Source: a virus. Taken from it: a stretch of DNA of 64,000 nucleotides. Positions 1 through 9,357 of the stretch are shown here, in pieces; within the stretch, counting starts at the first letter, position 1; the number at the start of each line of letters is the position of its first letter. A program made the position numbers and the translations under genes. The notes beneath the pieces are model-generated. The model searched no databases. It was given only the letters and a program-made list of their open reading frames with translations, and was not told the DNA's origin. The stretch lies in IMG/VR virus record IMGVR_UViG_3300020171_000021, positions 2,972-66,971 of that record, one strand, 5' to 3'.

Positions 1-396
1 ACTGATACTGACCCAATGATGTTACAACAGGTAAGAACAAACTTTCCAAACATTAAAATGCGTTATAAAGTCGCAACATTACCATATATTAGTGACCAGT
101 TTGCTGAACAATTTGATGTGGTTTTCAACGAAGGAACTATTGAGCATTTTCTTAATAATACCGCCCGTCTACGTGCAATAGAAGATATGATAAAATGCTT
201 GAGACCAGGCGGAGTTTTCTTTCTTATAGTTCCATATTATCCACACTCAAATCCGCCAGAAGATGAATTTAAATATACACCTGACATTTTAAAAGCAGAA
301 GTAGCAGTGTTTATAACCTCAAGACCTCCCGATACATGGGTGCTCAAAGAAGTAGATGGTGATAGACACTTTTTAGGAGTAATAATAAAAAAGTGA
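1..396 (+). CDS. Class I SAM-dependent methyltransferase, 5'-truncated by window edge
   Basis: Frame is open from position 1. FDVVFNEGTIEH and LRPGGVF are post-motif II/III of Methyltransf_11-type enzymes. Confidence 0.8.
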   Translation, partial: TDTDPMMLQQVRTNFPNIKMRYKVATLPYISDQFAEQFDVVFNEGTIEHFLNNTARLRAIEDMIKCLRPGGVFFLIVPYYPHSNPPEDEFKYTPDILKAEVAVFITSRPPDTWVLKEVDGDRHFLGVIIKK

Positions 397-400
397 TAAA

Positions 401-643
401 ATGGTACTAAGACTTTTATTTTTTATTCTTGGTATTGTTGGACATGAATTTTATCATGTGTACCAATTGAATAAACTTGGTATTCATAATTTCTGGATTC
501 AATGGTTTCCAATTCCAACGGTACATTTTTATTATCAAGAAAAACTTAAACCAATTGTAACTTCATGGCAAATGGAAATAATTCCGTCAATCATAACTAT
601 AATATGTTGGGCAATAGTCCTTTACATAGAGATAACAAATTAA
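401..643 (+). CDS. Small membrane protein with HEXXH motif (possible zincin-like)
   Basis: GHEFYH follows a hydrophobic N-terminus; second hydrophobic segment at C-terminus. Confidence 0.5.
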   Translation: MVLRLLFFILGIVGHEFYHVYQLNKLGIHNFWIQWFPIPTVHFYYQEKLKPIVTSWQMEIIPSIITIICWAIVLYIEITN

Positions 644-706
644 CCTGTGGCCGCCCAGTTATGGGCAAAAAAGATTGAAGGTCTGGAGGACAGTTTTGCC
701 ACAGGT
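643..706. ncRNA. Candidate structured intergenic RNA
   Basis: 9-bp outer stem ACCTGTGGC (643-651)/GCCACAGGT (698-706) encloses hairpin GCCCA-GTTA-TGGGC and GGAGGACAG. Minus-strand TATA-like TTTATTAT at 728-735. Confidence 0.4.
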
Positions 707-754
707 ACTACTATGTTGGTTTGGTAGATAATAAACATTGTGGAAAAAATAATT

Positions 755-865
755 ATGGCAGATAACATTGAAGATGACTCACTAGTGAAAGAATTGATTG
801 CAATTCATAATAGAATAGATAAACGAGAAGTTGCAACACCAGTAACTGGTGGGCTGTTTGAATAA
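755..865 (+). CDS. 36-aa peptide ending GGLFE (not in ORF track)
   Basis: ATG 755 to TAA 865 fills the gap before the exonuclease: MADNIEDDSLVKELIAIHNRIDKREVATPVTGGLFE. Confidence 0.55.
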   Translation: MADNIEDDSLVKELIAIHNRIDKREVATPVTGGLFE

Positions 866-875
866 GGAGGATTGT

Positions 876-1445
876 ATGGCAAAACTTGATAAAATACTTG
901 TGGTGGATGTTGAAGCCACATGCTGGGATAAAAAAGAACAAGAAGGTAAAACCAATGAAATCATTGAAATTGGAATATGCGAATTAGATAAATTACCAAC
1001 TGGTGAATACTTTATCAATCACCATGAAGGATTTTTAGTTACTCCACAACATTCAACGGTATCTGATTACTGTCAGAAACTAACTGGAATATCTCAACAA
1101 ATGCTTGATGAATCGAGTATCACATTTGAAAATGCTTGTAGAATTCTTCACAACAAATATAATTCGAACCAATATATGTGGGCGTCATACGGCGATTATG
1201 ATTGCTATATGTTCGCACAACAATGTAAGAGGGAGCATGTTGATTATCCATTCAGCAGAACACATATGAACGTAAAAAATTTATTTGCGTTACTGCATCA
1301 ATTTCCACGTGAAGTTGGAATGGTAGAGGCGCTTCGTTATATGGAAATTCCATTAGAAGGAACACATCATAGAGGCGGAGATGATGCATTTAATATAGCA
1401 AAACTATTTGCGCAGTTATTAAACGATGCGCGAGGAGTAAAATAA
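876..1445 (+). CDS. DEDDh 3'-5' exonuclease (ERI-1/KapD-like)
   Basis: VVDVEATCW, EIIEIG, WASYGDYD and HHRGGDDA motifs. GGAGG RBS supports a start at 876. Confidence 0.9.
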   Translation: MAKLDKILVVDVEATCWDKKEQEGKTNEIIEIGICELDKLPTGEYFINHHEGFLVTPQHSTVSDYCQKLTGISQQMLDESSITFENACRILHNKYNSNQYMWASYGDYDCYMFAQQCKREHVDYPFSRTHMNVKNLFALLHQFPREVGMVEALRYMEIPLEGTHHRGGDDAFNIAKLFAQLLNDARGVK

Positions 1446-1852
1446 TGAGAATAAAAGCAACTATCGGACAAGAAAACGACGCATTTATCTGGGATGAAGA
1501 TTTTACTGTTTCATCTGACAAAACTGCGAGAACAGAAATTCAAAAAGTAATTGACAATTTCAACGCATCACTTCGTCCTGGAGAAAGAAAAAGACACATT
1601 GTTGGACTTCAAGTGTTTGAAATAAAAACGCTCAACGATTATCTCAAAGAGGCGCAGCGATTTGTTTCAAGAGTTACTAGAGAATCAAACAATGGGTATG
1701 GTTCACCGTGGGCAAAACAAAACGCTGGCAAGTGTTATGAAAGAATGAATCGTATTGAAACCAAAGGCGGGCTTACCAGATTTAAGAGAATAGTGCGGGA
1801 TTCTTGTTTTTCAGAAGAGTTCCAACACTTACAAGACTGGAAGGGATTTTGA
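1445..1852 (+). CDS. Hypothetical protein
   Basis: Translationally coupled ORF in the + strand operon. Confidence 0.7.
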   Translation: MRIKATIGQENDAFIWDEDFTVSSDKTARTEIQKVIDNFNASLRPGERKRHIVGLQVFEIKTLNDYLKEAQRFVSRVTRESNNGYGSPWAKQNAGKCYERMNRIETKGGLTRFKRIVRDSCFSEEFQHLQDWKGF

Positions 1853-1985
1853 GTAAAAAGATGCCAGAGCATCATAGGCTCTTTAAACAACTGAAAGCAG
1901 GCCTTTTCAAATGGAAAGACCTGGACGAAAGACAGAAACAATTAATACAGATACATTATCCGTTTTTATTTATAGAGGAAATATA

Positions 1986-2360
1986 ATGACAGAATTTGCA
2001 GATAGAGACGACCCAAGTGTTAGAATAGGACAATATAGTACCGTAATACCAAATTTTATTACCACAAGAATAAATATAACCTCACGACTCAAAGACCATC
2101 AAGTGACTCGACGTAGTGTGCATAATTGTTATATAGAATATTGCAAACTATGTAATGTCAAACCACTAGCAATAAAAGTTTTTGGCAAAGTATTTAGCAA
2201 CATAATCGAACGTGATTATAAGTTTAGTATTCCGCCAAGAGTAAACTTTGAATCGATAGATGATAATGAAGAAGCCATGCGTTGCTGGTACGGCATAAAA
2301 TTTAAACACGCGCTTGAAACAGAAGAACTCAACGAGATACACAAAGGATTATTTGCCTAA
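1986..2360 (+). CDS. Stand-alone winged-helix protein similar to the D5/P4 helicase C-terminal domain
   Basis: VHNCYIEYCK...FGKVF...WYGIKFK parallels LYDWYKSYC...FSRAV...WVGIRRR of ORF 25530. GAGG RBS before ATG 1986. Confidence 0.6.
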   Translation: MTEFADRDDPSVRIGQYSTVIPNFITTRINITSRLKDHQVTRRSVHNCYIEYCKLCNVKPLAIKVFGKVFSNIIERDYKFSIPPRVNFESIDDNEEAMRCWYGIKFKHALETEELNEIHKGLFA

Positions 2361-2418
2361 TCCTTTAAGTTTAAATACTGTAAAATACATTTAAACATAA
2401 TAACGGAGGACATTTCAA

Positions 2419-3429
2419 ATGGAAATTCCACAAAATAGAAAAGATTTTATAACACAAGTTGCTTCAGTAAATGGTATCCCGTTAGAGGATATGCTGAAGT
2501 GGTATCAAAAGAAAATTGACGACACTACGCTCATTGCGCAATTCGCTACTCCAGATGCATTGCTAGATTATGCTGACCAAATCCTGTCAACATATATTCA
2601 AGATTATCATGGTTCTAAATTAACAGACTGTGAAATTTTTGTTATGGCATCACAATCACCACATTATACAAAAGCTGGAGCAATGGTTAATATGCATACA
2701 GGCCTTGCTATAAAAGTCGGTGATACAAAAACAAAATGGATTACCATAACAAATATGGAAGACGGAGAACAGGTCAAAAAACTAAAGCCGCTCATCACAG
2801 GAGTTATGGGAGTCAACATTGCTGAAGAAACTGACACAACAATAACTGCATTCTCAAGACCAAACGGCGAATTTATTGAGCAAACAATTCCTTGGATAAA
2901 ACCTGACATGGAAAGTAAGCGTGTGCTTATTCGAAAATTGCTTAAACATATTGAAATTAAGGATGCCCAACAGAACATAACTCCAAAAGATGCAAAAGGA
3001 TACAATGTTCCTTTCCATATGGTATTAATCAGAGCGGTTCTTGCTAGAGTTTCGGTTAATCTACAGGATGACGGACACGGCGGGCAGCGAGAATCTTGCC
3101 CAATAAAATTAACTGATAAATCAACCATGCTTATGCCAGGAGATTTCTTTAAAGATTCTGAAATAATTGACCCAAAAGACCCAACTGGGCAGAAGAAGAA
3201 AAAAGTATATGGCGGGTTTGGTGGTTTTGCTGAAGCAGACGACGTGAGAGACTTGGGCAAGGGCTCTGAAGTTGAAGTTATCTGCCAAATTGACGACGCT
3301 CATAATATCAAACCACTTGCAGTATTGCCAATAACTGTTATTGCTTCTAAAAAAGCAACTGACAGATTACAAAAGTCAACTCCCCCGCAAGCGCCGTTAG
3401 TGAATGCCCCAAACGCAGCATCGGTGTAA
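2419..3429 (+). CDS. Hypothetical replication protein, possibly OB-fold ssDNA-binding
   Basis: Long ORF with its own TATA (TTTAAATA ~2370) and GGAGG RBS. Helical N-terminus and beta-rich C-terminus, adjacent to the Sak4-like ATPase. Function is inferred from context only. Confidence 0.45.
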   Translation: MEIPQNRKDFITQVASVNGIPLEDMLKWYQKKIDDTTLIAQFATPDALLDYADQILSTYIQDYHGSKLTDCEIFVMASQSPHYTKAGAMVNMHTGLAIKVGDTKTKWITITNMEDGEQVKKLKPLITGVMGVNIAEETDTTITAFSRPNGEFIEQTIPWIKPDMESKRVLIRKLLKHIEIKDAQQNITPKDAKGYNVPFHMVLIRAVLARVSVNLQDDGHGGQRESCPIKLTDKSTMLMPGDFFKDSEIIDPKDPTGQKKKKVYGGFGGFAEADDVRDLGKGSEVEVICQIDDAHNIKPLAVLPITVIASKKATDRLQKSTPPQAPLVNAPNAASV

Positions 3430-3432
3430 AAT

Positions 3433-4572
3433 ATGGTAGGAATTTTACCAATCGAGGCACCAAGACCAAGTGAAGACGTGGTTCCAACCACGTTCGACAC
3501 AAGTCCTGACACTACAAAAGGAAAAACCATCACTACCATATATGGCAATAAAGGTGGTGGAAAAACTACCGTTGGTTTTCTTTTAACACAAGGATTTCTT
3601 GGATTACCGGGCGGAAAGACAGCGGCTATCTCTTTTGATGATAAAACAAAAATAACCAAAGAGCAGCTGTTTCCAAAAGAGGATATCACCGTTTATGATG
3701 GGAAGAGGTACTTTAATGAAGACCCTAAACAGATAACCAAATCGGGCTATATTTCATACAAATATCTTATAGCAATACTTGATAGTATTGACTATGAGCC
3801 AGACTGGATAATGTTTGATGGGCTAACTATCCTGTCGTTAATGCTGGAACAAGCGATGAGATTCCAAAATAATCTCCGTCCTACACAGGGTGTTGCAAAT
3901 TTTAATGTCTGGAAAGACAGAAAGTTTATGTTGCAAGCACTTCATAATCTAGCAGTAAGAAAAGCAAAGTACGGCGTTATCTATACAACATATTCAGAAA
4001 AGAATAAAATCATCACTGACGGTAATATGGTTACTGAAGAAGATGTTCCAATATATATTGACATCATCATGCAGGAAACAGACATTGTTATGCATTCCTC
4101 AAAATTAAAAGGCAAAAACGGCAATATGTTTTATTACACAGTGGATTCAACAAAATACAGGAATTATACTGGCTATGATGGGCAGCCGTTACTGCGCGCA
4201 AATGAAGTCCTTAAGGAAGGTAGACTCATTGATATAACTGGAATGCCGGACACTCCTGAAGTTAAACCAATCTATGCACCTGCACTAATTACAGAAAAAC
4301 CTGCAATAATCGGAACTGCCACTGACGTACAAAACGCAGTTGAAATAGTAGCATCTTCTGCAGTTGAACAAATTGCTGTGGATTTAGCTCCGATTTCACC
4401 ACAAGAAGAACCAAGATATGGTCACGGTGTAGAAGAACCTAAAACAATAACTCTAGCATCACCAGTGGTTGAAGTAGTTCCTACTCCGGTAGTACCAGTA
4501 ACAAAACCTGAGGAAAAGAAAACCGTAACTGAAGCCCCAATGTTTGAAGTACCTGACTTATTTAATCTATGA
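3433..4572 (+). CDS. RecA-fold ATPase, Sak4/AAA_24-like single-strand annealing protein
   Basis: Walker A YGNKGGGKTT, Walker B WIMFDGLT, disordered Pro/Glu-rich tail. Confidence 0.75.
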   Translation: MVGILPIEAPRPSEDVVPTTFDTSPDTTKGKTITTIYGNKGGGKTTVGFLLTQGFLGLPGGKTAAISFDDKTKITKEQLFPKEDITVYDGKRYFNEDPKQITKSGYISYKYLIAILDSIDYEPDWIMFDGLTILSLMLEQAMRFQNNLRPTQGVANFNVWKDRKFMLQALHNLAVRKAKYGVIYTTYSEKNKIITDGNMVTEEDVPIYIDIIMQETDIVMHSSKLKGKNGNMFYYTVDSTKYRNYTGYDGQPLLRANEVLKEGRLIDITGMPDTPEVKPIYAPALITEKPAIIGTATDVQNAVEIVASSAVEQIAVDLAPISPQEEPRYGHGVEEPKTITLASPVVEVVPTPVVPVTKPEEKKTVTEAPMFEVPDLFNL

Positions 4573-4578
4573 GGAAAC

Positions 4579-4992
4579 ATGGAAGAAAAAAATATTGACG
4601 AACAATTATCGTTACTTATGTCTCAGCTGAGAACGGTCTCAACTGAGATGAATTTTTTAATACGACCATATAATACGATTATAGACGAAAATCTTAAAAA
4701 GGTTGAAGAACTTTCAACACCATACGTGCATACCGCAGAAGAACTTCGAACACAGATTAAAAAACTTGCACTTATTCGTGCTGAGTCATATAAATGTGTT
4801 GCTGGTGCAATAACATATACAAAAGGCAGCACCCGTCGAAGTTGGGATTTAGACGAGATGGACAAATTATGCAAAATAGATGAGAAACTTAAAAAACAAA
4901 TCTGGAATCTTAGAACAGAAACGCTAGTAGACCCTACAGTAAGAATAAAAATTATCGACAAACCTATAGCAGTAGATGCAACAAATGTGTAA
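4579..4992 (+). CDS. Gam/Gp157-like coiled-coil protein
   Basis: Coiled-coil N-terminus followed by a GAITYTKG...PTVRIK beta region; lies next to the Sak4-like gene. Confidence 0.45.
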   Translation: MEEKNIDEQLSLLMSQLRTVSTEMNFLIRPYNTIIDENLKKVEELSTPYVHTAEELRTQIKKLALIRAESYKCVAGAITYTKGSTRRSWDLDEMDKLCKIDEKLKKQIWNLRTETLVDPTVRIKIIDKPIAVDATNV

Positions 4993-4994
4993 AC

Positions 4995-5975
4995 ATGGAT
5001 GCACGCGAGGTATTATTCAGAAGCTTTCCCAGAACAGTAGGCAATCCTGGGCAGTATTTAATTTATAATGCTGCCCAATTTAATTGGTTTGCATCTGTCA
5101 ATTCTGGTAATAACGACCAATGTTATTCAAGCGTGTGTTCTTTTTATAATGGTGCTCCAGTTACTGAAAATTTATTTTTAGAAAATGATTGCACTGATTT
5201 GGACGCTGGATTAATTCCAGTAAGAAAAGTTATCCTTTGGTACGAAGCACATAAAATTCCATGGATATGTTTATTCAGTGCAAATAGAAGTTATCATCTT
5301 CATGGACTATTTGAACCAGAACTTCTTACTACAAAAACTATCAGACATTTTGTTGATATGATATTGGAACAAACAGAAACCACTGGGTTGTTTGATACAC
5401 ACGTCATTGGTGATGCAAGACGATTGTGTAGAATTCCAAATACACAACGTGATAACGGATTGTGGTGCATTCCGCTGTCACGAGAAACTATTTTTAATCA
5501 CAATGCAGCTTTTATAAAAAAACTTGCAGTGACCCCACAGTTTCTTTCTTATATGGATGTTAAACGTCCAAAAATATCAGACTTTATTGAGGTCAAAAAA
5601 GAGACAATAACAGTTCAACGTGAAATCACTATTGCAGGCTGTAAAGAAGTTTTTATGCTAAGGGATGTTTTAAGACCTTGTATCTTTAAAAAGATTTGCG
5701 AACCTAATCCCAGAGAAAATATTCGACTCACTGCAACAATAGAAGCAATGAATCATGGAATAACTGTTTCACAATTAATCAGTGCTTATGAAAAACTTGG
5801 ATGGGTAGACTGGGATAGAGATTACACAAGATATAAAATTGAAATTTTAGAACATAAACGAAATGTTGAAAAAGATTACTTAATACCGTTTACAAAAAAG
5901 CAAATTGGTTGCACAAAGAAAACCACTTGCTTAAAATGTATTTTAAAAGGCGACGAATGGAACGAATTAAAATAG
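4995..5975 (+). CDS. priS: Archaeo-eukaryotic primase, PriS catalytic domain fused to a PriL/PriX-like C-terminal domain
   Basis: LENDC (DxD-like), SANRSYHLH and DTHVIGDARRLCRIPNT motifs. C-terminal RPCI...WVDWDRDYTRYKI segment and Cys cluster. Confidence 0.8.
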   Translation: MDAREVLFRSFPRTVGNPGQYLIYNAAQFNWFASVNSGNNDQCYSSVCSFYNGAPVTENLFLENDCTDLDAGLIPVRKVILWYEAHKIPWICLFSANRSYHLHGLFEPELLTTKTIRHFVDMILEQTETTGLFDTHVIGDARRLCRIPNTQRDNGLWCIPLSRETIFNHNAAFIKKLAVTPQFLSYMDVKRPKISDFIEVKKETITVQREITIAGCKEVFMLRDVLRPCIFKKICEPNPRENIRLTATIEAMNHGITVSQLISAYEKLGWVDWDRDYTRYKIEILEHKRNVEKDYLIPFTKKQIGCTKKTTCLKCILKGDEWNELK

Positions 5976-5984
5976 AGGACAACT

Positions 5985-6413
5985 ATGTGTGAAAAAGAAA
6001 TATATTACCCAGATGGAAAAATACCAATTGTTGGTGAAAGATTGATTCATGTACATAACAGAGAAAATAATGTTTGGGCGTGGATGTGTACAATGTGTGG
6101 TAAAATAATGGCACCACATAAAATGAATACGCCACATGGTGAAGATGGCTCCTGGCGAGTATTGCAATCCAAAGGTGCAGCATCAAGACATCTTGGAAGT
6201 CACGACCTAAGATATGTTAATCATGGACGACCTATTGATGAGATAACCAGACAGGGCAAAACTTTATGTAAGAAGTGCGGCAATATAGCAAGTAACAAGA
6301 AGGTCGGAGAATTATTTTCATATTCTCTCGATAAAGAAGAAAAATATTATTGTTTCGATTGTGGTTGGCTTAAAAAGTCAGATACCACAAAAATAATTAT
6401 AAGAAAACTATAA
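5985..6413 (+). CDS. Zinc-finger protein
   Basis: CTMC, CKKC and CFDC pairs. Confidence 0.65.
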   Translation: MCEKEIYYPDGKIPIVGERLIHVHNRENNVWAWMCTMCGKIMAPHKMNTPHGEDGSWRVLQSKGAASRHLGSHDLRYVNHGRPIDEITRQGKTLCKKCGNIASNKKVGELFSYSLDKEEKYYCFDCGWLKKSDTTKIIIRKL

Positions 6414-6415
6414 AG

Positions 6416-6685
6416 GTGAATCAAATGAGAAGAATAATGATTTCAGACGATTTGTACAGGGTATTGCAGAGCATTCATCCTGACCCAACAATGGCGGTAG
6501 GAATATTGAACCAGTCAGCAACAATGTCTGGCGCACTCTATGTTGTTAAAACAGGGATTTCTCCTGAACTGATAAAATTCATAGAAACTATTCCAACAGA
6601 TGCCCAGGACAAATATGTGGAAATTGCCGGAACAACTATTGCTGAACTCTGCAAGTCAGAGAAAACTGAAATAGTCCACGTATGA
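6416..6685 (+). CDS. Hypothetical, possible RHH-like N-terminus
   Basis: RRIMISDDLYRVL pattern. Confidence 0.5.
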   Translation: MNQMRRIMISDDLYRVLQSIHPDPTMAVGILNQSATMSGALYVVKTGISPELIKFIETIPTDAQDKYVEIAGTTIAELCKSEKTEIVHV

Positions 6686-6799
6686 AGAAATTAACAAAAT
6701 ACATCGCAAAACTTTTACATGTGTATATCACATGTCATCCAAAAGAAAAAGATGTTTAGCTTCATCAGTGGCGTCATATGAACAGATACGGATAGTCAT

Positions 6800-7507
6800 A
6801 TGAAAATAAGCGTAAGTGATAACGAAGTACATCAAAATCCGCAAATAGTTGACGGCTTAAAAATGCTTGGCCACGAAATCGTGGTCGAGCATCGTGAAGT
6901 TGGAGATTACCTTTGCGGAAGAACTTTGATTGAATATAAACGACTTGGTAATTGGGTTGGTGATGTTGATAATGACCACATATTTCAGCAAGCACAAGAC
7001 ATGCGCTATTCTATGTCATTAGACCCAAATCTTAAATGCTATATTTTTGTATCTGGAAACCTTGACGGAATGTTTAATTTAACCAAATTAGAAATAAAAG
7101 ATGGCATAAAGAAAATAGTACCAATAAAAGTACGACCAGAAGGGCAAATTGCCGCTGCAGCATCATTATCTTCTGAACATTATGGCATACCAGTACATTT
7201 TTTAAGCAATGACTGGTTTGTAATTCGAAAAATGCACTATCTGTTTCTTAAAGATAATGATGGAAAAATTACCGAAGTAAATCCAGTTAGAACGCCAATC
7301 AAATATGAAGACCAAGTGCTAACAAATTATGCGTCAATTGATGGTGTGGGCGAAGTAAATGCAAAAAAACTTCGCGCAGCATTTTCAAAACCAAAAGATT
7401 TGTATAATGCAACTGAATTACAATTGAAACAAATACCTGGATTTGGAGAAAAAACTATAAGTAAACTTTTAAATTTCTTCAATGGCATAGAAGATAAAAA
7501 AACTTAA
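6800..7507 (+). CDS. ERCC4/XPF-family nuclease with HhH2 domain
   Basis: VGDY...IEYKR nuclease motif; IDGVG and IPGFGEKT HhH motifs. Confidence 0.88.
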   Translation: MKISVSDNEVHQNPQIVDGLKMLGHEIVVEHREVGDYLCGRTLIEYKRLGNWVGDVDNDHIFQQAQDMRYSMSLDPNLKCYIFVSGNLDGMFNLTKLEIKDGIKKIVPIKVRPEGQIAAAASLSSEHYGIPVHFLSNDWFVIRKMHYLFLKDNDGKITEVNPVRTPIKYEDQVLTNYASIDGVGEVNAKKLRAAFSKPKDLYNATELQLKQIPGFGEKTISKLLNFFNGIEDKKT

Positions 7508-7541
7508 ATACTGATAAAACAGTTTATAATATGAGGACAGA

Positions 7542-7739
7542 ATGGTAACTTATGAACTTCTCCCTAAATGGGCAATTGACAATATGCTTGAATATATTGA
7601 GAATGCAAAAACTGCTATAGCGTTTGGTCATGCTAATAATCCTGAGCTATCATTAAGAGCAACTGAAGAACTTGACAAAGCAATTAAAGAAATTAAAATA
7701 AATCGAACAGAGTGCAATGTTCGGCCAGTTGGAGTATAA
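7542..7739 (+). CDS. Hypothetical protein
   Basis: Own TATA-like box and GAGGACAG leader. Confidence 0.6.
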   Translation: MVTYELLPKWAIDNMLEYIENAKTAIAFGHANNPELSLRATEELDKAIKEIKINRTECNVRPVGV

Positions 7740-7741
7740 GT

Positions 7742-8728
7742 ATGGATTTATGGGTGGACGAATTTGCACCAACAAAACTTATTGACTTAATTGGTCAAAA
7801 AGAACTGGTGTTTTATTTTCAACAGTGCATTAAGCTAGGATTAGTTCCAAATTTAACTCTTGCCGGCGCACCAGGAACTGGAAAAACTACTATCATCAAA
7901 TGCTTTTTGAACGACCTTGGATATTTTGATATGCCAGGGCAATATGAAATCTTAAATGCATCTGACGAACGTGGAATAAACATGGTTCGTGAAAAATTAA
8001 AGAATGCTGCTAAAAAGCCGACCTTGTTTGGACTGCCGAGACTCATTGTGCTTGATGAAGGAGATTCAATAACAGGAGATGCTCAAGCAGCTATGAGGGC
8101 AGTCATTGAAGATTATTCGTCTACAACCAGATTCATTATAATCTGCAACTATCCAAATGAGTTACTTGACCCAATTATATCAAGATGCCCAATGAAAACT
8201 GCTTATCCATTAAGCAAAACTGATATTGAAGCAGCTTGCAAAAGATTACAGCAATCAAAGAATTTTTCTATAACCACAGAAGCATTTGATATTCTATATA
8301 CGAAGTGCCGAGGAGATTTAAGAAAGTTTATCGGAATGGTTCAAGATGCTTGTTTAATGTCAAACTTTGCTATCACAAAAGAAACGGTTGCATTACATGA
8401 TGTTGAACCCGAATTAGCAAAAACTATTTTGAAAACAGCACTAACAAATTTTGAGCAGGCAAGAGATGTTCTAATTACTACGGTTGCTCAAAATAAAGAC
8501 ATTAAATCATTGCTGGAGCAAATGTTTGATGCTGCTGAAAAAATTGATTATGCTGTCAATATTACTCCAGAGGAAAACGAAATAATAGCAAGAAAAATTC
8601 AAGACAGAATTGCTGAAATAGATTACAGATTAACACAGGGCACGAATGTTTTAATTCAACTGGTTTCAATCTTAGCATATATCCGGTGGATAAGATATAT
8701 GCCATTGACCTGTCCAAAAGCGAGGTAA
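7742..8728 (+). CDS. rfcS: Replication factor C small subunit
   Basis: WVDEFAP, GAPGTGKTT, LNASDERG, LDEGD and SRC motifs. Confidence 0.93.
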   Translation: MDLWVDEFAPTKLIDLIGQKELVFYFQQCIKLGLVPNLTLAGAPGTGKTTIIKCFLNDLGYFDMPGQYEILNASDERGINMVREKLKNAAKKPTLFGLPRLIVLDEGDSITGDAQAAMRAVIEDYSSTTRFIIICNYPNELLDPIISRCPMKTAYPLSKTDIEAACKRLQQSKNFSITTEAFDILYTKCRGDLRKFIGMVQDACLMSNFAITKETVALHDVEPELAKTILKTALTNFEQARDVLITTVAQNKDIKSLLEQMFDAAEKIDYAVNITPEENEIIARKIQDRIAEIDYRLTQGTNVLIQLVSILAYIRWIRYMPLTCPKAR

Positions 8729-8729
8729 A

Positions 8730-8876
8730 ATGTCAAAAGTAAAATGCACATTATGTGGAGATATAATCGAAAGCAAATATCGTCACGATTATGTAGAATG
8801 CTCATGTGGATACACATTTGTAGATGGCGGCAATGATTATATTAGAACCACGCCACATGGAGAAGTGATAGTATGA
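8730..8876 (+). CDS. Small Zn-ribbon protein (not in ORF track)
   Basis: MSKVKCTLCGDIIESKYRHDYVECSCG...VDGG, a common small viral protein pattern. Confidence 0.7.
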   Translation: MSKVKCTLCGDIIESKYRHDYVECSCGYTFVDGGNDYIRTTPHGEVIV

Positions 8877-9355
8877 ACTTTTGTCAATTTTATAATCGTA
8901 GTATGAAAAAATTACAAGGAACATGGTACCCAGCAGATTCTATAAATGTTCTATTAGGAATTTTGATATTAACTGGTGCCATATTAGAATATGTAATCGT
9001 TTGGCCAATTTGTTATATAATAAGTAAATTGCCCGAACTTCCAAAAATAAAAATACCTTATGCAGAACTTACAGGAGCAATATTTGTTATTACAGCAGCA
9101 TGGCTAGTTGCGATGATAAGTCTAGACTTTTTTATACAACCAATGTCAACTTCTTGGGTTGAACTTGTACTAGGAATTTTCTTGTTGAACATGATATATA
9201 TTGGAGAAGTTTTATGCTTGACCATATGTCATAAAAATTATGACCTATCTATGAAATTTTTTATTGCCGGATTTACGCCATACATCATAATAGGAAAGTT
9301 CTTTAATCAGCTCTATAATAAAACATCATCTTCATGTCCACTTAAAAAGGAGTAA
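8873..9355 (+). CDS. Integral membrane protein
   Basis: About four hydrophobic segments. Confidence 0.65.
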   Translation: MNFCQFYNRSMKKLQGTWYPADSINVLLGILILTGAILEYVIVWPICYIISKLPELPKIKIPYAELTGAIFVITAAWLVAMISLDFFIQPMSTSWVELVLGIFLLNMIYIGEVLCLTICHKNYDLSMKFFIAGFTPYIIIGKFFNQLYNKTSSSCPLKKE

Positions 9356-9357
9356 TC

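Noticed and set aside
2664-3689. Long minus-strand ORFs here and elsewhere (e.g. 24265-24831, 40675-41259)
   Set aside because: They lie entirely opposite well-supported + strand genes and have no motifs.
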